From Zygnema circumcarinatum SAG 698-1b (Eukaryota > Plantae > Zygnematophyceae), in contig CM074811.1 of assembly GCA_037447605.1 (NCBI GenBank), positions 1,860,001-1,924,000 on the forward strand: 64,000 nt of DNA, read 5' to 3'. Every line of letters starts with the position of its first letter. The first letter of the stretch is position 1. The position numbers were made by a program, and so were the translations under genes. This document shows positions 26,301 through 41,656 of the stretch, piece after piece. Below the pieces are notes generated by a model. That model was not told the DNA's origin. It saw nothing but the letters and a program-made list of their open reading frames with translations, and made no database searches.

Positions 26301-27381
26301 TTCCATGCGCGGGCAGCCCAAGAGCACACGCAGCTGCTAAAGTAAGATTCACCACCTCCCTTAGATGGTGGTATTGAGCTTCTCTTCTTCAGAAGAAGAA
26401 GACCACGGCAAGGACCGGGGAAGGGAGGATGAAGGGGTGGCTGGGGAAGGTTGGCATGCATAGCTTACTAAGGTGACTGCTTTGTTGCTTTGTAGTTTTT
26501 TGATGGACCTGATGTGGGAGATGGGTCGCCGCTGCTATTGTGGGGCGATGTGCAGAGTGCAACAGGAGCTGGAGGTCGTCACAGGACAGCCCATTTTTGT
26601 GGATTCCTCTGTTTCAGACACCATACGAACGTGCATTGCTTTAGGAAATCATCGAGCAGCTCAAAAGATACGAGTGGAGTTTAAAGTGCCAGACAAACGA
26701 TTTTATTGGCTAAAAATAAAGACTTTGGCTGTGGCTAAAGATTGGGAAGCGTTAGAGAAGTTTTCTCGGGAGAAAAAGCCACCTGTAGGTGAGAATCAAC
26801 TGCTTCTGCTCTCTGTTGTTTTTTCTACCCGTTTGTTTCCAAAATTTATGGATTGGTTGGAGAGCTCGTTTTTTCAGTCTTCATCGAACATTTATGCCTT
26901 GTTAGGATGTAGACAATCCTGAGTCTGTTTACTCCTGCATGGTGTCAAGGGGGGGAGGGAGTTTAGTGGCCGGACTTCCAACATGGCTCGCCTCCCTCTT
27001 GCAGGATTCAAGCCATTTGTGGAGGCGTGCATTGACGAGGGCGCGAATGTAGAAGCTGCCAAATACATCCCGAAGCTGACAGATGCCCAAGAACGTGCCG
27101 AGGTAATTTCCACTTCAGAGTCACACTCTGACACTTTACGATGTTCGCGTTCTTCCTCGTGTGAATCTGCAAGCAGTCTGTGAACACTTCATCTTTGTGT
27201 TTCTTTGCAGGCATACGCCCGAGTGGGAATGGTTGCAGAAGCAGCGGAAGCAGCCGCACAAGCCAAGGATGGAGAGTTACTTGGGCGGCTGAAGTCGACA
27301 TTCGCCGGCCAAAATGTGGCAGCGGCAGCTCTCTTTGACTCGCTCAGAGACCGTCTGGCCCTTCCAGGATTGCAATCTTAA
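20388..27381 (+). CDS. VPS16: Vacuolar protein sorting 16 (HOPS/CORVET subunit; VACUOLELESS1), about 17 exons
   Basis: MAVSVAAEW...FYRKRELYSMSW, ACAPFGGPIAAIRD, QECDGVRIL, TLLRAAAYGRAF, EQVPLL, ESGDTDL, FKVPDKRFYWLKI, FKPFVEACI. Stop TAA at 27379-27381. Confidence 0.95.
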
Positions 27382-29524
27382 CAAAAAGGAAAACGACCGC
27401 GGGTAGCAGAGCCTCGTCAATGTGTATCTGATAGCAAACCTTTGTTGTTGTAGCGTACAACAAAAAAGCATTCGTGCTTTGGTGCTTTGACTTAGAAGAG
27501 GTCTGTTCTTAGTTTTTGTCAGCGCTTCCGTTATTTTTTTGGACTCTCGATTGTAGGAGACACAGCGATTGTATATAATTTTGCTAATGGTTCCCGCTTT
27601 TGGGTAAAATAAGGCATCGATTTTCTAGATAGAGCCACGGGCCTACATCCTCGCTGGCTTCTCCGTCCTTCCTCTGACTCGTTAACAATGCTTTATTGGT
27701 GATGCCTAGAAGGTTAGGTTGGTTCTGAGACGAAATTCCGAGAATTATGGTCAACATATTCAACAGTATGGTTAGCGTACCAACTGAATGTACCTCGAGT
27801 CCAAGTTTAGGGTTCGCTACCTGATATGCCTGCGTGCGCTCGCTATGGTATAACGTGTAATTTTTTTTAATTTGTAACAAATGGCTGTCGATGCAGTCAG
27901 TCAGTCTGCTCTCTGTTCTGCGCCTGTTCACCTGCCATTGTGTGCATCCCATTGCCAATGAAGACGTCAAAGAACAATCGAACTATGATAAAAAGAGAGC
28001 GCTTGACCCAAAACCCGCAGCCATCCTGCAATCACTTCTGTAAATAGGTTGCAAGGCCGGAATGGAATGGAAGGTTGACGGTAAACGGGGCATTGACGGG
28101 AATAGAACCAGCTCAGTTATTGCGTGATGGCTCACTTGCAGTGGGGTTCTATGGAGCAGTAGCGCAGCCACGGGGAACGGCGGGACTGCATATATGGAGC
28201 ATCGAAGAACCCTTTCCTCGGAGGGATGTGGAAAGATGGAGGGAGGGGGGAGAAGTGGTTTGAATGGAGTCCATGATGCAAGTTGGATCATCCAACTTGC
28301 AGAAGACTTGCCTCCTCCGACGCATCACACGCATTCCAGCAATCAGCAAATTCATGAGTCTAAACCTGCGAAACTCGAAAAGCTTCAGAATCTTGAAAGT
28401 CTGTTTTAACCTTGACAATTGTGAGCCCGGACACCGGGATCCTGAGACTCTACTTTGAACCTTTCTTTTTTATCTCACAACCACCCTTTCCTTTCCTTTT
28501 CCCTTCAAACTTAAAAAATCATCGTTATGTCAACGTAAGCGTGGAAAGAGAATAGACGTCTCCCAATTCCAGGTTCATTCCTTGGTGCTCGTGGCTTGTG
28601 TCTACAAATCGACTGGTTTCAATTTTTTTTGCAATCCACATCTCCATAACGAGGGAGCCGACCAAACGCGGCCATGAGTTCCAACAGCGAGTGAAATCGA
28701 AGCTCAAAAAGCTGTAGATGCCAATGCAGCTAATGGAGCTTACTTTGCAACGACGAAAAGTTAAAACGAACTCGTGTGAACGAACGACCTGTAGGCAACT
28801 ACGCGAACATACAAGCATGCCTTGAAGAACAAATCACTTCCCCGTCCATTTGTAATTTGTTAAGAGCGCAATATCTGTCGGAAAAAACTGTGAATCGTTT
28901 CAAGACAGCAAGCGAGTGAAGTGTTGTATCTCGAAGACGTCAAAGAGTTCTGTCAAGTGTCTAAATGTCATCAGCCGCCAGCTTCGTCACCTTCGCTAAT
29001 TTTTTTCACATTATGTATGAACCGAACAAATCATGAAGTTGGATCGGCCAGTTTGTCACAAAGCAGGTGAGAAGAAATTTGCTGTCTGTCACCGAATGCC
29101 ACCTCGTCTTCGTCATCAGCTCCTTTTATGCTTTCACAAAGAAAGATGCACTGTTCTCTGCCCAAGCACTTTTAGGGCCTGCAAACATAATCGATACAGA
29201 AAACGAGAGGAAGTGTCTGGCAAGCTCCGTACTCAATTAACACAACACCAATTGATGTTCTGCTCTCTTAAAATACATCTTGAAATGAACACGATCACGG
29301 CTCCACTGTTACAGAGCGTTTAAGCAGATTAAGACGAGGCATACTTAGCAACATGAGCACATTCTCTTGATCCTTGCTGACTGCACATTTGAAGTGCGGC
29401 GGATCGAGACCCTGTTCTAGACATGCTCATCAAGGCGAACATTTCCGTGATCATCATCTTGTTATTAAGTTAAAACTCTGCCATTGGAGAGTGTGCAGGC
29501 CGAGATCAAGTTGGAAGGGAGACC

Positions 29525-32500
29525 ATGACCGCTGTGCGCTGCATCGTCAAGTTCGGTGCGGTTCCGCGGCCTGTCCTCTGCAGCTCCTCTATGAACGCAA
29601 TTGTAGTTGATAGGACATTCTCACAGTTCGGCAAGCAAAATATGAGATATGTTGACCCTTGAACTTTGAAAGCTTCCGGCTGGTGTTACTTGATGATGCT
29701 CTTTGTCTAACGATCAGCATAGTGTTTCACATTACATGTGTTTGACAAATGACATGGGCGTATGAGATAACAGTGAAGGCTTCAATGCTTGTCCCCTTCC
29801 TCCTTCTGTTCCTCAATGGTGCATGGTCCATCTTCGTTTTCTTGTTTCGCTTACACCACCATCTTCAGTTCATAAATTCCCTTCACTTTTTCTGTGGACT
29901 AAAGATGTTTGGAAAATGCCATGAAACCATTTGCTTTTTTTTGGAGAAATGTAATGTCCTGTCACCCGCCTTCTCCTTGTCTCTTTCCAGGCGGCGCAGC
30001 AATAACCAAAAAAGAGGAGTTTGAGACCTTGAATGTGGAGATTCTTGATAAAACGTGTGAGCAGCTAAAATCAGCGGTTGTGAATCAAAGGCAGGGCTCC
30101 ATCGTTGTCGTTCATGGGGCTGGTGAGACCAATTGGAAAATTGAACCCTTTTTTTGAGTCAAGAAGCCATATTCCTGGCTTTAAACTACATTCCCCTCAC
30201 TTAGAGTTCTGTTTTTTGTGGCGTGTTTCCTTCTCTCCCCTAAGCTCTTCCTCCGTATGCTCCTTCTATCAGCTCGTCAGCCTTCCATCCCCTTCCTCTC
30301 CCCCATTCAATCCGCAGCCCTGAACCCCATCTTCCTTCTGCCGTGCAATGGTGCTCACATTTTGTCCAATGGGCGGCCTTGCAGGCTCCTTTGGCCATTT
30401 CCAAGCGAGTGCGGGAGGGGTGGCCCTGGGCGGCATTGAGAGTCAGAGAGTGGCTCTAGGGTTTGTGCAAACGCGCATTTCTGTAAGTGGCAGTCAGTCA
30501 GCTTCATTTCAGACCTGCAAACAACAAAGAAAAAGTCGATACGTGCAGAGTCCCAGCCGAAAAAATAGCGTTGGCATTCGATTTTTTTTGCACATGAAGA
30601 GGATGTCATTACAAAATTAATCATTCTGATCGCCAGATGAAGAAGCAAATTTTGACATTCATCCTGTTTTTCGGATTAAGACGAGTGTGGGCCCAATCAG
30701 ATGTGATTTGCAGGCCTTCCTATCTCTTCTGCAGGTTGGCACACTGAACCTTGAAGTTGTCAAAGCGTTGGCTGCAAGTAAGTCTCGTTATTGTTGTGCC
30801 CTTTTTTTTAGATCTGAGAGTTGAAATAATCTTCCCTAAGTTTGAGAGGAGGCAAATAACTGAAAGTGTAGCATCACAAACCATCTTGCCGCTTCTTTTT
30901 TATTCACGAATTGTGTAAAGAGCTCAGAGGGTTTGCAGGCTGTCGGCATATCCCCTTTTTCGGGGGGTTGGAGCACCTCTCACAGGAAGGTGAGCACAGC
31001 TCTCTCCATTCAGCCTAATGCCTTCAAGACTTGGCATATCTGAGCAATCCATTGCAGATATGGAGCGAGTCCGAATTAACATCTGCCCTTGAAAGACCTA
31101 AAGTCTGCACATTATAATCACCGGATGGTGGGAAGGTAATAAGACCATGGGGCTTTTTAGAATTTCCTTGTGGATTCCTTCCCACATTCTGCATGCATTT
31201 CTGCTATATCCCTCTCTTCTTTTCCACCTTCTCAGTTGTTCTGTGTTCCCCTTTTGTTGGCACCTGAACTCAGCTTGAATCTTTCAACACACACTACATA
31301 GAGCGCGTATTGCGAGCCGGGCTTGTGCCAGTGAGACCTTCGCCTCTCCTGCCCTAAGTTATGCGCTGCACTAATGCACTGTTAGCAGAACCTTCATACA
31401 TATGCGTAACACCACTGCTGTTTGACAGGCCAGATAACCTCCATCATTCCTGACATACAGTTTTTATTTTCCATATGTAAACCTCCTCGTAGCGAACTTC
31501 GACGCTGTGCCTCTAGCAGGTGCTGCATGGAGACGCCGTATTGGACACAGTGAGGGTGTGTGGGTACCCCCCTTCCCGCGGGAGAGCTTCTGGCGGGCAG
31601 ACCTGCAACTTCTCATTTTATCAGCGAGAGCATTCATGAGAAGGCTTGAGCTCTGCATTATCTTTCTGCAGGGCTGCACCATTCTCAGCGGCGATGTGAT
31701 TATTCGACAGCTGGCAGAAGATCTGCAGCCCACGTTTGTTGTGTTTCTTGTATCAGTCCTCTCCTCACCTTCCCTCTCCTTGCAATAAACAAGGATCTTT
31801 TAAAAAGTTTCAGGGAAGAGTTTTACATGTACGGCAAAACAATCAAGCCTAAGCGATACCCTGGACTTCCTCAAACACCCTGATCTAAACAACCGAGAGT
31901 AAGAGAGAGAGTGGCTAAGTTGAGTCCTGGTATATGCAAATGCATGATCATGGTCTTGAGGTGAAGCCATGTCCTTGACAGAGCAGACAAACGTGGGCGG
32001 TGTGTACGATCGGCCGCCATCAGAGCTTGGAGCTGTCCTCATAAAACGCATAAGTAAAACGCCCAGAACTCGTTCTTGCTTTCAATAAGAAACGTGTCGC
32101 ACAGGCTTTGTCTCCCTCTTTTTTTGCACACAATCACCGTCAAAGGTTGTTAGATGGGCATGCTGCGTTGTCAGATATGAAGGCATCAAACACAGTCTTT
32201 TCAAGAGGGCGATCGCGTTTTGGAGGGGAGGAAGGACAAGTGGGACCGCTCTGCTGCTGATTTGACTCTGTCCTTGTTTTGAATGTTGCCAGATGTGGCT
32301 GCAGACGGGAGCTGGGTTATAACTGACCCTGCCGGCATCCAGTCTGCAGGTAAGTAATATTACTTCACCTGTTCGTTACTTTTTATGGAGGGAAGGCCAG
32401 AAGTCATGCAGATATGAACAGATATCATGCTTTTCTTGCGTTGCGAGGGCGCGCACATGTTTGAAAGCGACACTGGCGTGATTATTGTTATCATGCATGT

Positions 32501-33050
32501 ATGGGTAATGCCTGTGCCCAACTGCCATGGGGCCATGGAGGGAGCAGTGCAGACGGCATCCACATCCCATGACACCACGGGAGGAATGGCGACCAAGATC
32601 GCGGAGGCGGCCAGCATCGCTGCAAAGGGCGTTCCTGTCATCATTGCGGAGGTGGGCGTACAACACAGCACCAAGGGATGCGGTGGATGCAAAAGTAGGG
32701 GGATGACTTCTTTCTCTTTGTTTCAATAGAGAGAGGATGAAAGCATGTCCCTTTATGGACTCCAAAGCGGTTGCATAAGATGCGGAAACTTGGTCGCTAT
32801 CTTTTCACATACCTTCGCTTTTCGAGCATTCAAATGTTAGGGCTTCGGTACTACATCTGCAATGTATGCTGCAGCCTTGGGGTGTTCTCATGCCATCCAG
32901 GGCTGCTGCTGGCAGGGGGGCACAGAGCACGCTCTGCATGCTCTACAAGGAGCTCCGTTGGGCTTCCACCGCTCTTCTCAGTCCCCGGTAGCCGATTTCG
33001 TTCAAACTTCGGATTGGATCGGCACACTCATTGTTCCACGCAGCCTTTGA
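29525..33050 (+). CDS. IPK: Isopentenyl phosphate kinase (amino-acid kinase superfamily), multi-exon
   Basis: VRCIVKFG-GAAITKK, VVVHGAG-SFGHFQA, P-VLHGDAVLD, GCTILSGDVII, VFL-TNVGGVYDRPP, HDTTGGMATKIAEA. An upstream N-terminal extension is not excluded. Confidence 0.88.
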
Positions 33051-33810
33051 GCCGCTGCTGCTTTTGCAAGAAATGGAAAACAGAGCACTTGTGGATGCGT
33101 TGGTGGCATCTGTGGCGCCGATGTGTGGGTTCTACTTTTTCGATTGTTTGGGCCTGTGCGACATTCTGCATCGCATCTCGATCCTGCGTCCACTATGCCT
33201 TCGCCTCCTTTGATGGTTAGAATGCCGCTTATGTGCATGCACCATTCCTTCACAAGTGTAGATTACCCATGCAAGGGTGTACTGTAAACCTGATTTACTC
33301 GTAGCAAATTAAATAGGTGTACAGATCTCAAGCTACGCCGCTGCAAGAGCTTCTTGAACATATGGAAAAGTAACTCTCGGCGAGATACTCTGAGCCAACA
33401 GGTGGCCTTCTAAGACTTAGAACTGTTGTGGAGTTCGCTATCCCGCGACATAACAGCGAAATAAAAAGCACTTCTTTCTGTAAACCCAAAAAACCATCGC
33501 AGACAAGCAGGCGGTTGACCTCGCGGCTAACGGAAGGCGGCTGGGTTCCCCGGTCAGTGGCCCTTGTCAAAGGAATTAGCAAAACAGCAGCCTCCGCAAC
33601 TCCTCTCCCTTCGAAAAGAAGACACTGAAACAACATCTGAACTCTCCTTTCTCGACCACTCACAATACAACAAAGTCATCTTTCGCTTTGATTCGGATTT
33701 TTCGACCAAAAAATAACACATTTCCCTTGTCCAGACCCAGCAAGCCTCTCCCGCATTGCTGTTATTGCCTCTGCCTCCCTCCCCGTGGAGGAGTTCCCTT
33801 CTGCCACGTA

Positions 33811-36800
33811 TCACCTGAGCGAAGTGAACCAGCGCTTGACGTAGCCGATGGGTCCCACCAGAAAAGGCGCGTACCGAGCCAGAAGGGGCTCAAAGCGCTG
33901 GCTGAGAGCTGCCCAGGCTTGGCGGTGCTGCCAGGAACTGGCGGGGGCCTGATACTTCACCTTCAGCAGCTGAACCGCCTCACCCCCTCTATTTACTGCT
34001 TAGCATCTCCCTTCTGACAAGAATATACGGTGATAAGGCATGCAGCTTTCTCTTTATCTTTGACATAAGCTGATTGTGATTAAGCACCGAATGAAAGAAT
34101 GTGGGAAGGGGAACACTAAATAAGGAAAATAGAACGTGATGTCATGCTTCAATCCTCAACCCACTAGTGTTATCCTTCAGTTAGTCGGATGTGACTGACA
34201 GTCTGCAAAAAGTTGTTCGATGGGTTGAAGGGATTGCTACAAACCTGCCAATAGAGGAAAGTCTGGAATATGTTCCGCTGGGCCCTGCAGCAGAAGCATA
34301 ACCCCCAAGCCGATCAAAACTACTTGAAGGAAATAGATACTGGATTGATGAGGAAAGTGCTATTTGCAGCCCCCCTCGGACAAAGAGAACACAGTACAAC
34401 TGCCATGGTTCTATGGGTCCAGAGTCTTAACAAACTTTCTCCTACGCAGCATTTTGGACAGAAACATGTCATTTCAGCTTCAAATAGAGGGGGGCCAAAA
34501 CCTGGAGGAATGGGTTCTCACGTAAGCAGAAATGTTAGAAGAAGGAAGCCAAGAGATATCTCAGTCGATGCAACAAGGCCCTGAAGCATCTGACGGTTCT
34601 GCTCTAGCCATAGGCATAGCCGTTCAAAGTATGCTCTGCACAAATTCCACATGTTCCACATGACATGAGTTCGTTGTGAATCCTGCGAGTGCAATTAACT
34701 TCATAAAGACAGCGAACTGAGTCATCAAACAGATTCACTGAAACTCAAACTCAAGGTAAGCCAACTGAAGATGAAAGAAGAAAATGGAAGATGAGATAAT
34801 GGCGAAGGCCCAAGACTGCCACCTACTTGTACAGCTGTGCTTGGCTGAAGTTTGTTCGCAGATACTGAGCCACCGCTAGCAACGCTCCACAGACTTGTGG
34901 TAAAACCGCCACTGATCAAGCAACATACCCAAGGGTAACCCATTTTATCATGACCACATCTTGCACAATATTGCTTCCTTCAGACAACCTCGAAGTTAAA
35001 AACGTCTTTTGGAGGAGGATGCTCTTGAGTACCCACTAAAGCTCGTATTACACGTTTGAAGACTCACTAGAAACAGGGTACTACAGTAGCCGCTAACAGC
35101 AGCTTGCTATATTGTACGAAACAAAGGGATATGGATGAGCAATTTGAAATGCTTTGACTCCACTACATCTGAACTCCTCTGTGTATGTTCTATATGGAGG
35201 CACATATGAGTAAGTGTAAATGAAACGAATAGAGGGCCAGCCATGATGGTTCTGTAATCAACGAAAGAAGTCGACCAACCACAACCAAGGACAGGGAAAC
35301 GGAAACGGAAACGGAAACGGAAACGGAAACGGAAACGGAAACGGAAACGGAAACGGAAACGGAAAATTCACGTACACGCAATGGGTCGGCTGGACGGCAA
35401 AAAAAGGATGCACGTGAGAATACTCAAAAATTCCGGACTTATTACGATAGGCTGCACCCATGTCTTGAGGCCGTCGAGTGAAAAGGATCGAGGGCCCTGC
35501 ATTGCAGAAAACAGCTACTCGTTAGAGAACTGACCCACAGCAATAGATACACACAGTCCTCAACAAGTGATGAATCTGAGAGTTTAATTGTCACGCTTGT
35601 AAGGAAGCAAGGGAATGGTTTCCTTACTCCAAATCGGTGCTTGATTGCATAAGCTGCTGCTAGTCCAGTTGTCAAGTACACGAAAAGGAAGCTTCGCTTA
35701 GCCACTCTTGCAGGAGAGAGCGGAAATATCGCCATTACTCCCAAAACCAAAATCTGCAGCCTCAGTCTCACCAACGAACTTGAAGCTTGGCACAATAGCA
35801 GAGATTGCTTTCACTACCCATTCTCTGCAGGTCTTATTGGAGCTGCTATTCAAAAGCGATGGCATTTCATCTCCCAATCAAAACTGAGCACGTTCAGCAT
35901 GCAGTTGGATTCAACGAATGGTTTGCATACACACCACACATACGGGATGAAGCATGCCTAAGTGCAGATTGTGCCTCTACTCACTGACATCAAAAGGAAG
36001 GCGTTTTTATGTTATTGACAAGCACTTTTGCTTTGGAGTCCCAAACTATACTATGCCAGTGCAACGTTTCCGCCTGTATAGACTTTGTTCCCCAACGGTA
36101 TTGTTATGCCCAAAAGATAGATCATGATAATACCAAACTTCCGTCGATCCTACAACGGTTTGAAGCTTGTTCAGTAACGGACTTGTTTCCAAAGTTCTAA
36201 CGTTGCCACGAGGAAGGGACAGAGAAGTTTTAATTGGCTTCTGCACACATAGGAGCATCCATGCTGACGTAATGGGCGTGCAAATATGAGAGTCTGCCGC
36301 ATGAACCAGTTTTCAACTTCATGGGAGAGGCAGAGGTGCAGCTTTCATAATGGCATTTCAACTTACCAAAGCATTAAACAAAAGAAGGACGTTGTCTGCT
36401 TCTAATAACTGCCAAACGGAGGGAGCACCTGCAGCCGAGATCCATGTTCGTCTATGAGAAGAGGCCAAAGAGTCTCTGACTCCTTGCAGTCAATCAAGTG
36501 CATAAGCCAACACATTCACTACGCCACTTTTGCACTTCCATCACTAGGCCTCTCACAAGTTCTGACCACAACTTTATGCAACTGCATGCCTTAGTCAACA
36601 TAAAAAAAAAAATATCAGATCGACAGGGCAGGGCATGACCTCCAACGCAATTACTTTGCCTTTCATGTAGTGTTTCATCTGGCAGCAACCTGATATTTTA
36701 ATCTACGCTTCAATTTAAGGCATGATTTGAGGAGGGACAAGAAACCATGTGGTGAATTCCCGACCTGCAGCGGCCCTTGGTGGGGCTCGTCTTGGCGCAG

Positions 36801-37276
36801 GTTGAGCCCTCGCCGGGGCAGCTTGAGACCTTGGAGCCGACGAGGGAGGGGGGGCAGCAGTTGAAGGTGCATCCAACTCAAAGTCGGAGTCCTGCGTATT
36901 CAGAGAAGTTATTGGACATCTTTTCTAGCATTCATTCCTAATGGTACAATTGAGAATCTTGACCATAACCGCAGCTGTGAAACACCTGCATATACAGCAG
37001 AAGTTCTGCAACAAATGACGCCTTTAAGTGGGATTTATCAGGAACAACATGCATGTGTCCCAAGTTCGAGCTTATTTCAGGTTCATCTGGCATTGAAAGC
37101 GGGTTCCGACAACCTACAATGAAGCGTTTGTAGTACTTTTGCTTGTATCGCCGAAGCACCGCAGCCTCATCTCGACCAGGTGGAATTGTGAGGTTATTGA
37201 AATATTCCTTCCATTGCTGATCTTCCTCAAACTTATAGGCGCTAAAGGCCGCCAACTGCTCCTCCCTCGAAGGCAT
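33811..37276 (-). CDS. TMEM33/Pom33 (UPF0121) ER/nuclear-envelope membrane protein, multi-exon
   Basis: Plant-type N-terminus YKFEEDQQWKEYFNNLTIPPGRDEAAVLRRYKQKYYKRFI, hydrophobic exons (35607-35758, 34244-34594) and C-terminus LLKVKY...HRQAW...APFLVGPIGYVKRWF. Probable 5'UTR intron about 37285-38203. Confidence 0.8.
35295..35365. repeat. (GGAAAC)11 microsatellite in a TMEM33 intron
   Basis: Perfect hexamer run. Confidence 0.95.
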
Positions 37277-38459
37277 TCCTTTTCCTGTCAAAACGCAGAG
37301 TATGTACGTTAAGAATCATGGCACAACACAGTTTACAGTCTCAAGTTTTCATTGGTGCACAGGGTTTACCCCTGAGAAAACCACTACGTATTAAAACAAG
37401 CCTCAGTAACAAACTGTGATATGAATAGCGATCATTTTGTGCTCATTTTCCACGATGAACGAGAACAGTGTCTAATACTAGAGAAAAAGAAAATCTGACT
37501 TGCTATAAAGAGGGGAAAACAAGAGAAATGACTGGAGTATCATGCCAAATCGATGAACGAAAATGAGTGGGATCGGAACTTAATTTGATTTCAACAATGC
37601 TACGTCGAACATTTCGCATTAGAAGTTCATGGAAATAATCCTTATGCTAACATTAAGGAAAATTTCAAACAAAAAATACTGTAATGCCTTATTGATAGAT
37701 TGAATCAAGAAAACTTTGGCTTCCTGTCGCTATAAACCGTGCATACCGTGCAAGCGCCGCAAGCGAACTTCATTGCTTCTCGAAATTCATTGACTAGATA
37801 CGTCGTTTGAGCGCACTCCCAGCTATTTGCTAGTTGGGACAGCTTCAGTTGACTAAAGTTGCAGTTCGAAATATTTCTTATGCTTATCAAGAATTCAAAA
37901 GCCACTTGTTTTCAAGTTCTTCCACAAAGACACGTTTTCCACGAGGTATACTTGGATAACTACTTCCACGCACTTGCGACATTCTACTGACCCCGTCTGG
38001 TCTCAAAGAGCAAGCCCAAAAGAAAGAAAACCAGCAGTGCCAAAAGCAAGCTTCAGTTCTGAATCCGTCAATGCACGAGGCATGTAGTAATATACCAAGA
38101 AAATGTCCATGCCATCGGCTAATCTCCCTAAGCATGCAGCCCCAGGCAGGCCGCTGCCGCACTGCTACTTCCATGGAGGCAGCTTCAGGGGAGAGAACAT
38201 CACCTGACCCGCCGCTTTCGAATGTCCGACTTTCGGTTTAGAGAACGGCGAAGGTGGAACGGAGGAAAGGGGCTGTGGCTATGGCTATGGCTATGGCTAT
38301 GGCGGAGGAAGGGGGCGGAGGCCGCGGGAGAGGCAGGGGCAGGGGCAGGCCTCCGCGGGGGGGGGCCTTCGGACTCCTCTCCATGTTTCCGCGTGGTTTC
38401 TGTCCCTCTGCGTCCCTTTTCCCGATTCTTGTTCATAACTTGCAAGAATGGCCTACATC

Positions 38460-38750
38460 GTCCCTCGTGGTTCCCCATGCTGGTTTTGTCCATGTACATT
38501 TGATGGCATCATCGCCATCGTGAGATCAATGCCATTTTCACCTGCAAAGATCAACGCGATAATGTTCCTCGTGGTTCCCCGTGATGATTTTGTCCATGTA
38601 CATTTTGATGGCATCGGCATCGTGGGATCAATGCTACATCTCCTTCCAATAATGCCAATGCCAATGCCAATGCCAATGCCGATACTCCCTACAGCTCTCT
38701 GGAGGGAAAGGGAACTGACGCTGATCTCACGATGTGCGTGGACAAGAACA
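38460..38750. repeat. Dispersed repeat, MITE-like (copy B, two tandem motif copies plus an inverted partial copy)
   Basis: CCTCGTGGTTCCCC...TTTTGTCCATGTACATTTGATGGCATC...ATCGTG(A/G)GATCAATGC occurs twice. Inverted TGATCTCACGATGTGCGTGGACAA at about 38722-38745. Confidence 0.55.
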
Positions 38751-40649
38751 ACAAGAAAGCAAACTTGGCTCGCTCTGCTTGGCTTGTTTGAACCTGCCTG
38801 CACATGTTTGAAGGAGAGAGAGCTGAGCAGGCGAAAAGGATTCCTTTTGAAGATCTCCAAATTTGAAATGGACCATGGAAAAGAGAAACAGCTTGCAAAA
38901 GGGGTCTTATTGAAGGTACCCTCTTAAACGACAGCCAATGGCGAGTTGGCACGTTTGCAGATCTGGCGACGTGGCATGTTGTGGTTAGCGCGATCTGGCA
39001 AGAGTGCCCTCGAGTCTCATCACCTTTATTCGTGGCCGTCCAAACCGCTGCTTTTTAGTTGGAACCATACAACTGACTACATATTATTGGGAGGGGTGGG
39101 GGGGGAAGCCATTGCCATGCCTCTGCTGGCCGCCTTCTGTCGAACAGGTTGAGAAATTGAAAAGTTACTTTATTTCTCAATGTTCAGCACAATTGAATTG
39201 AGTTCAATTGTTCAATGTTGTCGCGGGGAACATGTTTTCGATTTGATAAATTGAACAATATGACAAATGTTCAATGTCTCAATATGTTCTAGCACATCTG
39301 CACATGTGAACTCGAAATTTTGCTACGTATGATTCGCCAAATCTGAGGGATCCGCTTAACTTCGCCCAAATTTTAACGAAAATTACGAAAGTACAGTACA
39401 CCGCTGCAATCGAATCGCTATTTCTTCGGGGTACAGTACTCGTTCTGGTGGAAACGAACGGACATACTGTAGTGATGATTTTGAAGTCTGACAATCCCTA
39501 TTACCGTACGGTACGAAATAGTACCGTGCAATACGTTGAATCAGCGGACTCTGGGTCAACGCACTATGCAATCATCCCTCGGCCGAGAATCTCATTTTTG
39601 AACTGTGGATGCAAACGAAAACGAAGATTGGACACGACCGACCGGGAGTTCATTGGTCAATGTTCAATTGGTATTCGTTTAGGGTTTTCGTGGAACAAAA
39701 ACTGGTGGGGGGGAAAACACAGACCTACAGCAACAGGAAAAAATTGAAAAAAAAAACAGTTTTCATTCGAGAAACTTGGTTTTAAAGCTTTTTTTTTTTG
39801 AAACAGCCAAAATCTTTCATTGTTCATTTTTTTCGACCAGTTTCATTTTACGTTCTGTGACTTGCTATTATCGTCTTCTCACGAGCTTTTCTTTCCTCTA
39901 AGCTGGAAAACATCGCCTTACAGACATTGTCTTTTTTCAATGGAACTAGACGGCCAGCTTCAGCAGCTGCTTATTGATCATTGTTTTGTGCAGCACCACC
40001 GATCAAAAGACCCGGAGCCTCCCGGGAATATCCTGGACGCATAATCAGAGGTGGATATCAACCTCATCATGGCGACGACCAAAATGGACACCTGAGCCTC
40101 ACAGAGAATGTTTCCACCAAATCGTGAATCCCTATCAAGGGCACGTCAGTCTGCCCACATAAGCATCCTGAACTGCAGAAGCCTAAAGCTATCTTTCTGC
40201 AGATAGCCAGCCTGCCTTCAAAAATGTAAAAAGCAGACCTAGGCACTGGAATCGAAACAAGTCTACTAGCATTAAGCATAACCAAGATTCTAGAATAATT
40301 CCACAACTCCTGCACATAATGAGGACAGACAGTATCCTGCCATATAAAATGATTGGAATGGCAGGACAGAAAATCGGCGCATCAATGACCATTGATGAAA
40401 AGAGAAAGAACGCTGAGAGAACATCACAAGCCACATGGAACAGAAATAACCGACTCTGTGATCAGGCCACACCTCGAGATAAGCCATTATCCACCAATGC
40501 ATGAGCAAAAGGCAGCGAACTTTCTCAATTGTTCTGTACATAGTGCACTACTTTCTCTAGTTAGGTCCAATCACACCAAAGTTTAGCAAAGCTCCTGAGA
40601 ACCTGCATCTGAATGGCTGTCCAGCTTACAGCAATCCTAAACAGCCATC

Positions 40650-40775
40650 CCCGCCACGAAGGACGAGGTGAAGAGAAGACTTCTTCCACATATTGCAATC
40701 CACCGGTATACGGACATCTTCCAGCTGCTTGCCAGCAAAGATGAGGCGCTGCAGGACAGAGGAAATTCCTTGTCC
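40650..40775 (-). pseudogene. Decayed ubiquitin unit downstream of the variant polyubiquitin stop
   Basis: Reverse strand reads [34 protein letters not shown]. Confidence 0.8.
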
Positions 40776-40912
40776 TCAGGTATGTAAATCTTTATAGAAA
40801 CTCACTGGCAAGTATATCATTCTCCAGGTTGAGCAGTAACACAATTTTCAAAAACGACACTTGATGAAATGAAGACTGGACTCATTCTCTGTGGACTGCA
40901 AGAGTACGAAGG

Positions 40913-41656
<744 letters not shown>

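Noticed and set aside
39170-39290. TGTTCAA-rich patch as a transposon end
   Set aside because: Too short and degenerate, with no defined partner end or target-site duplication.
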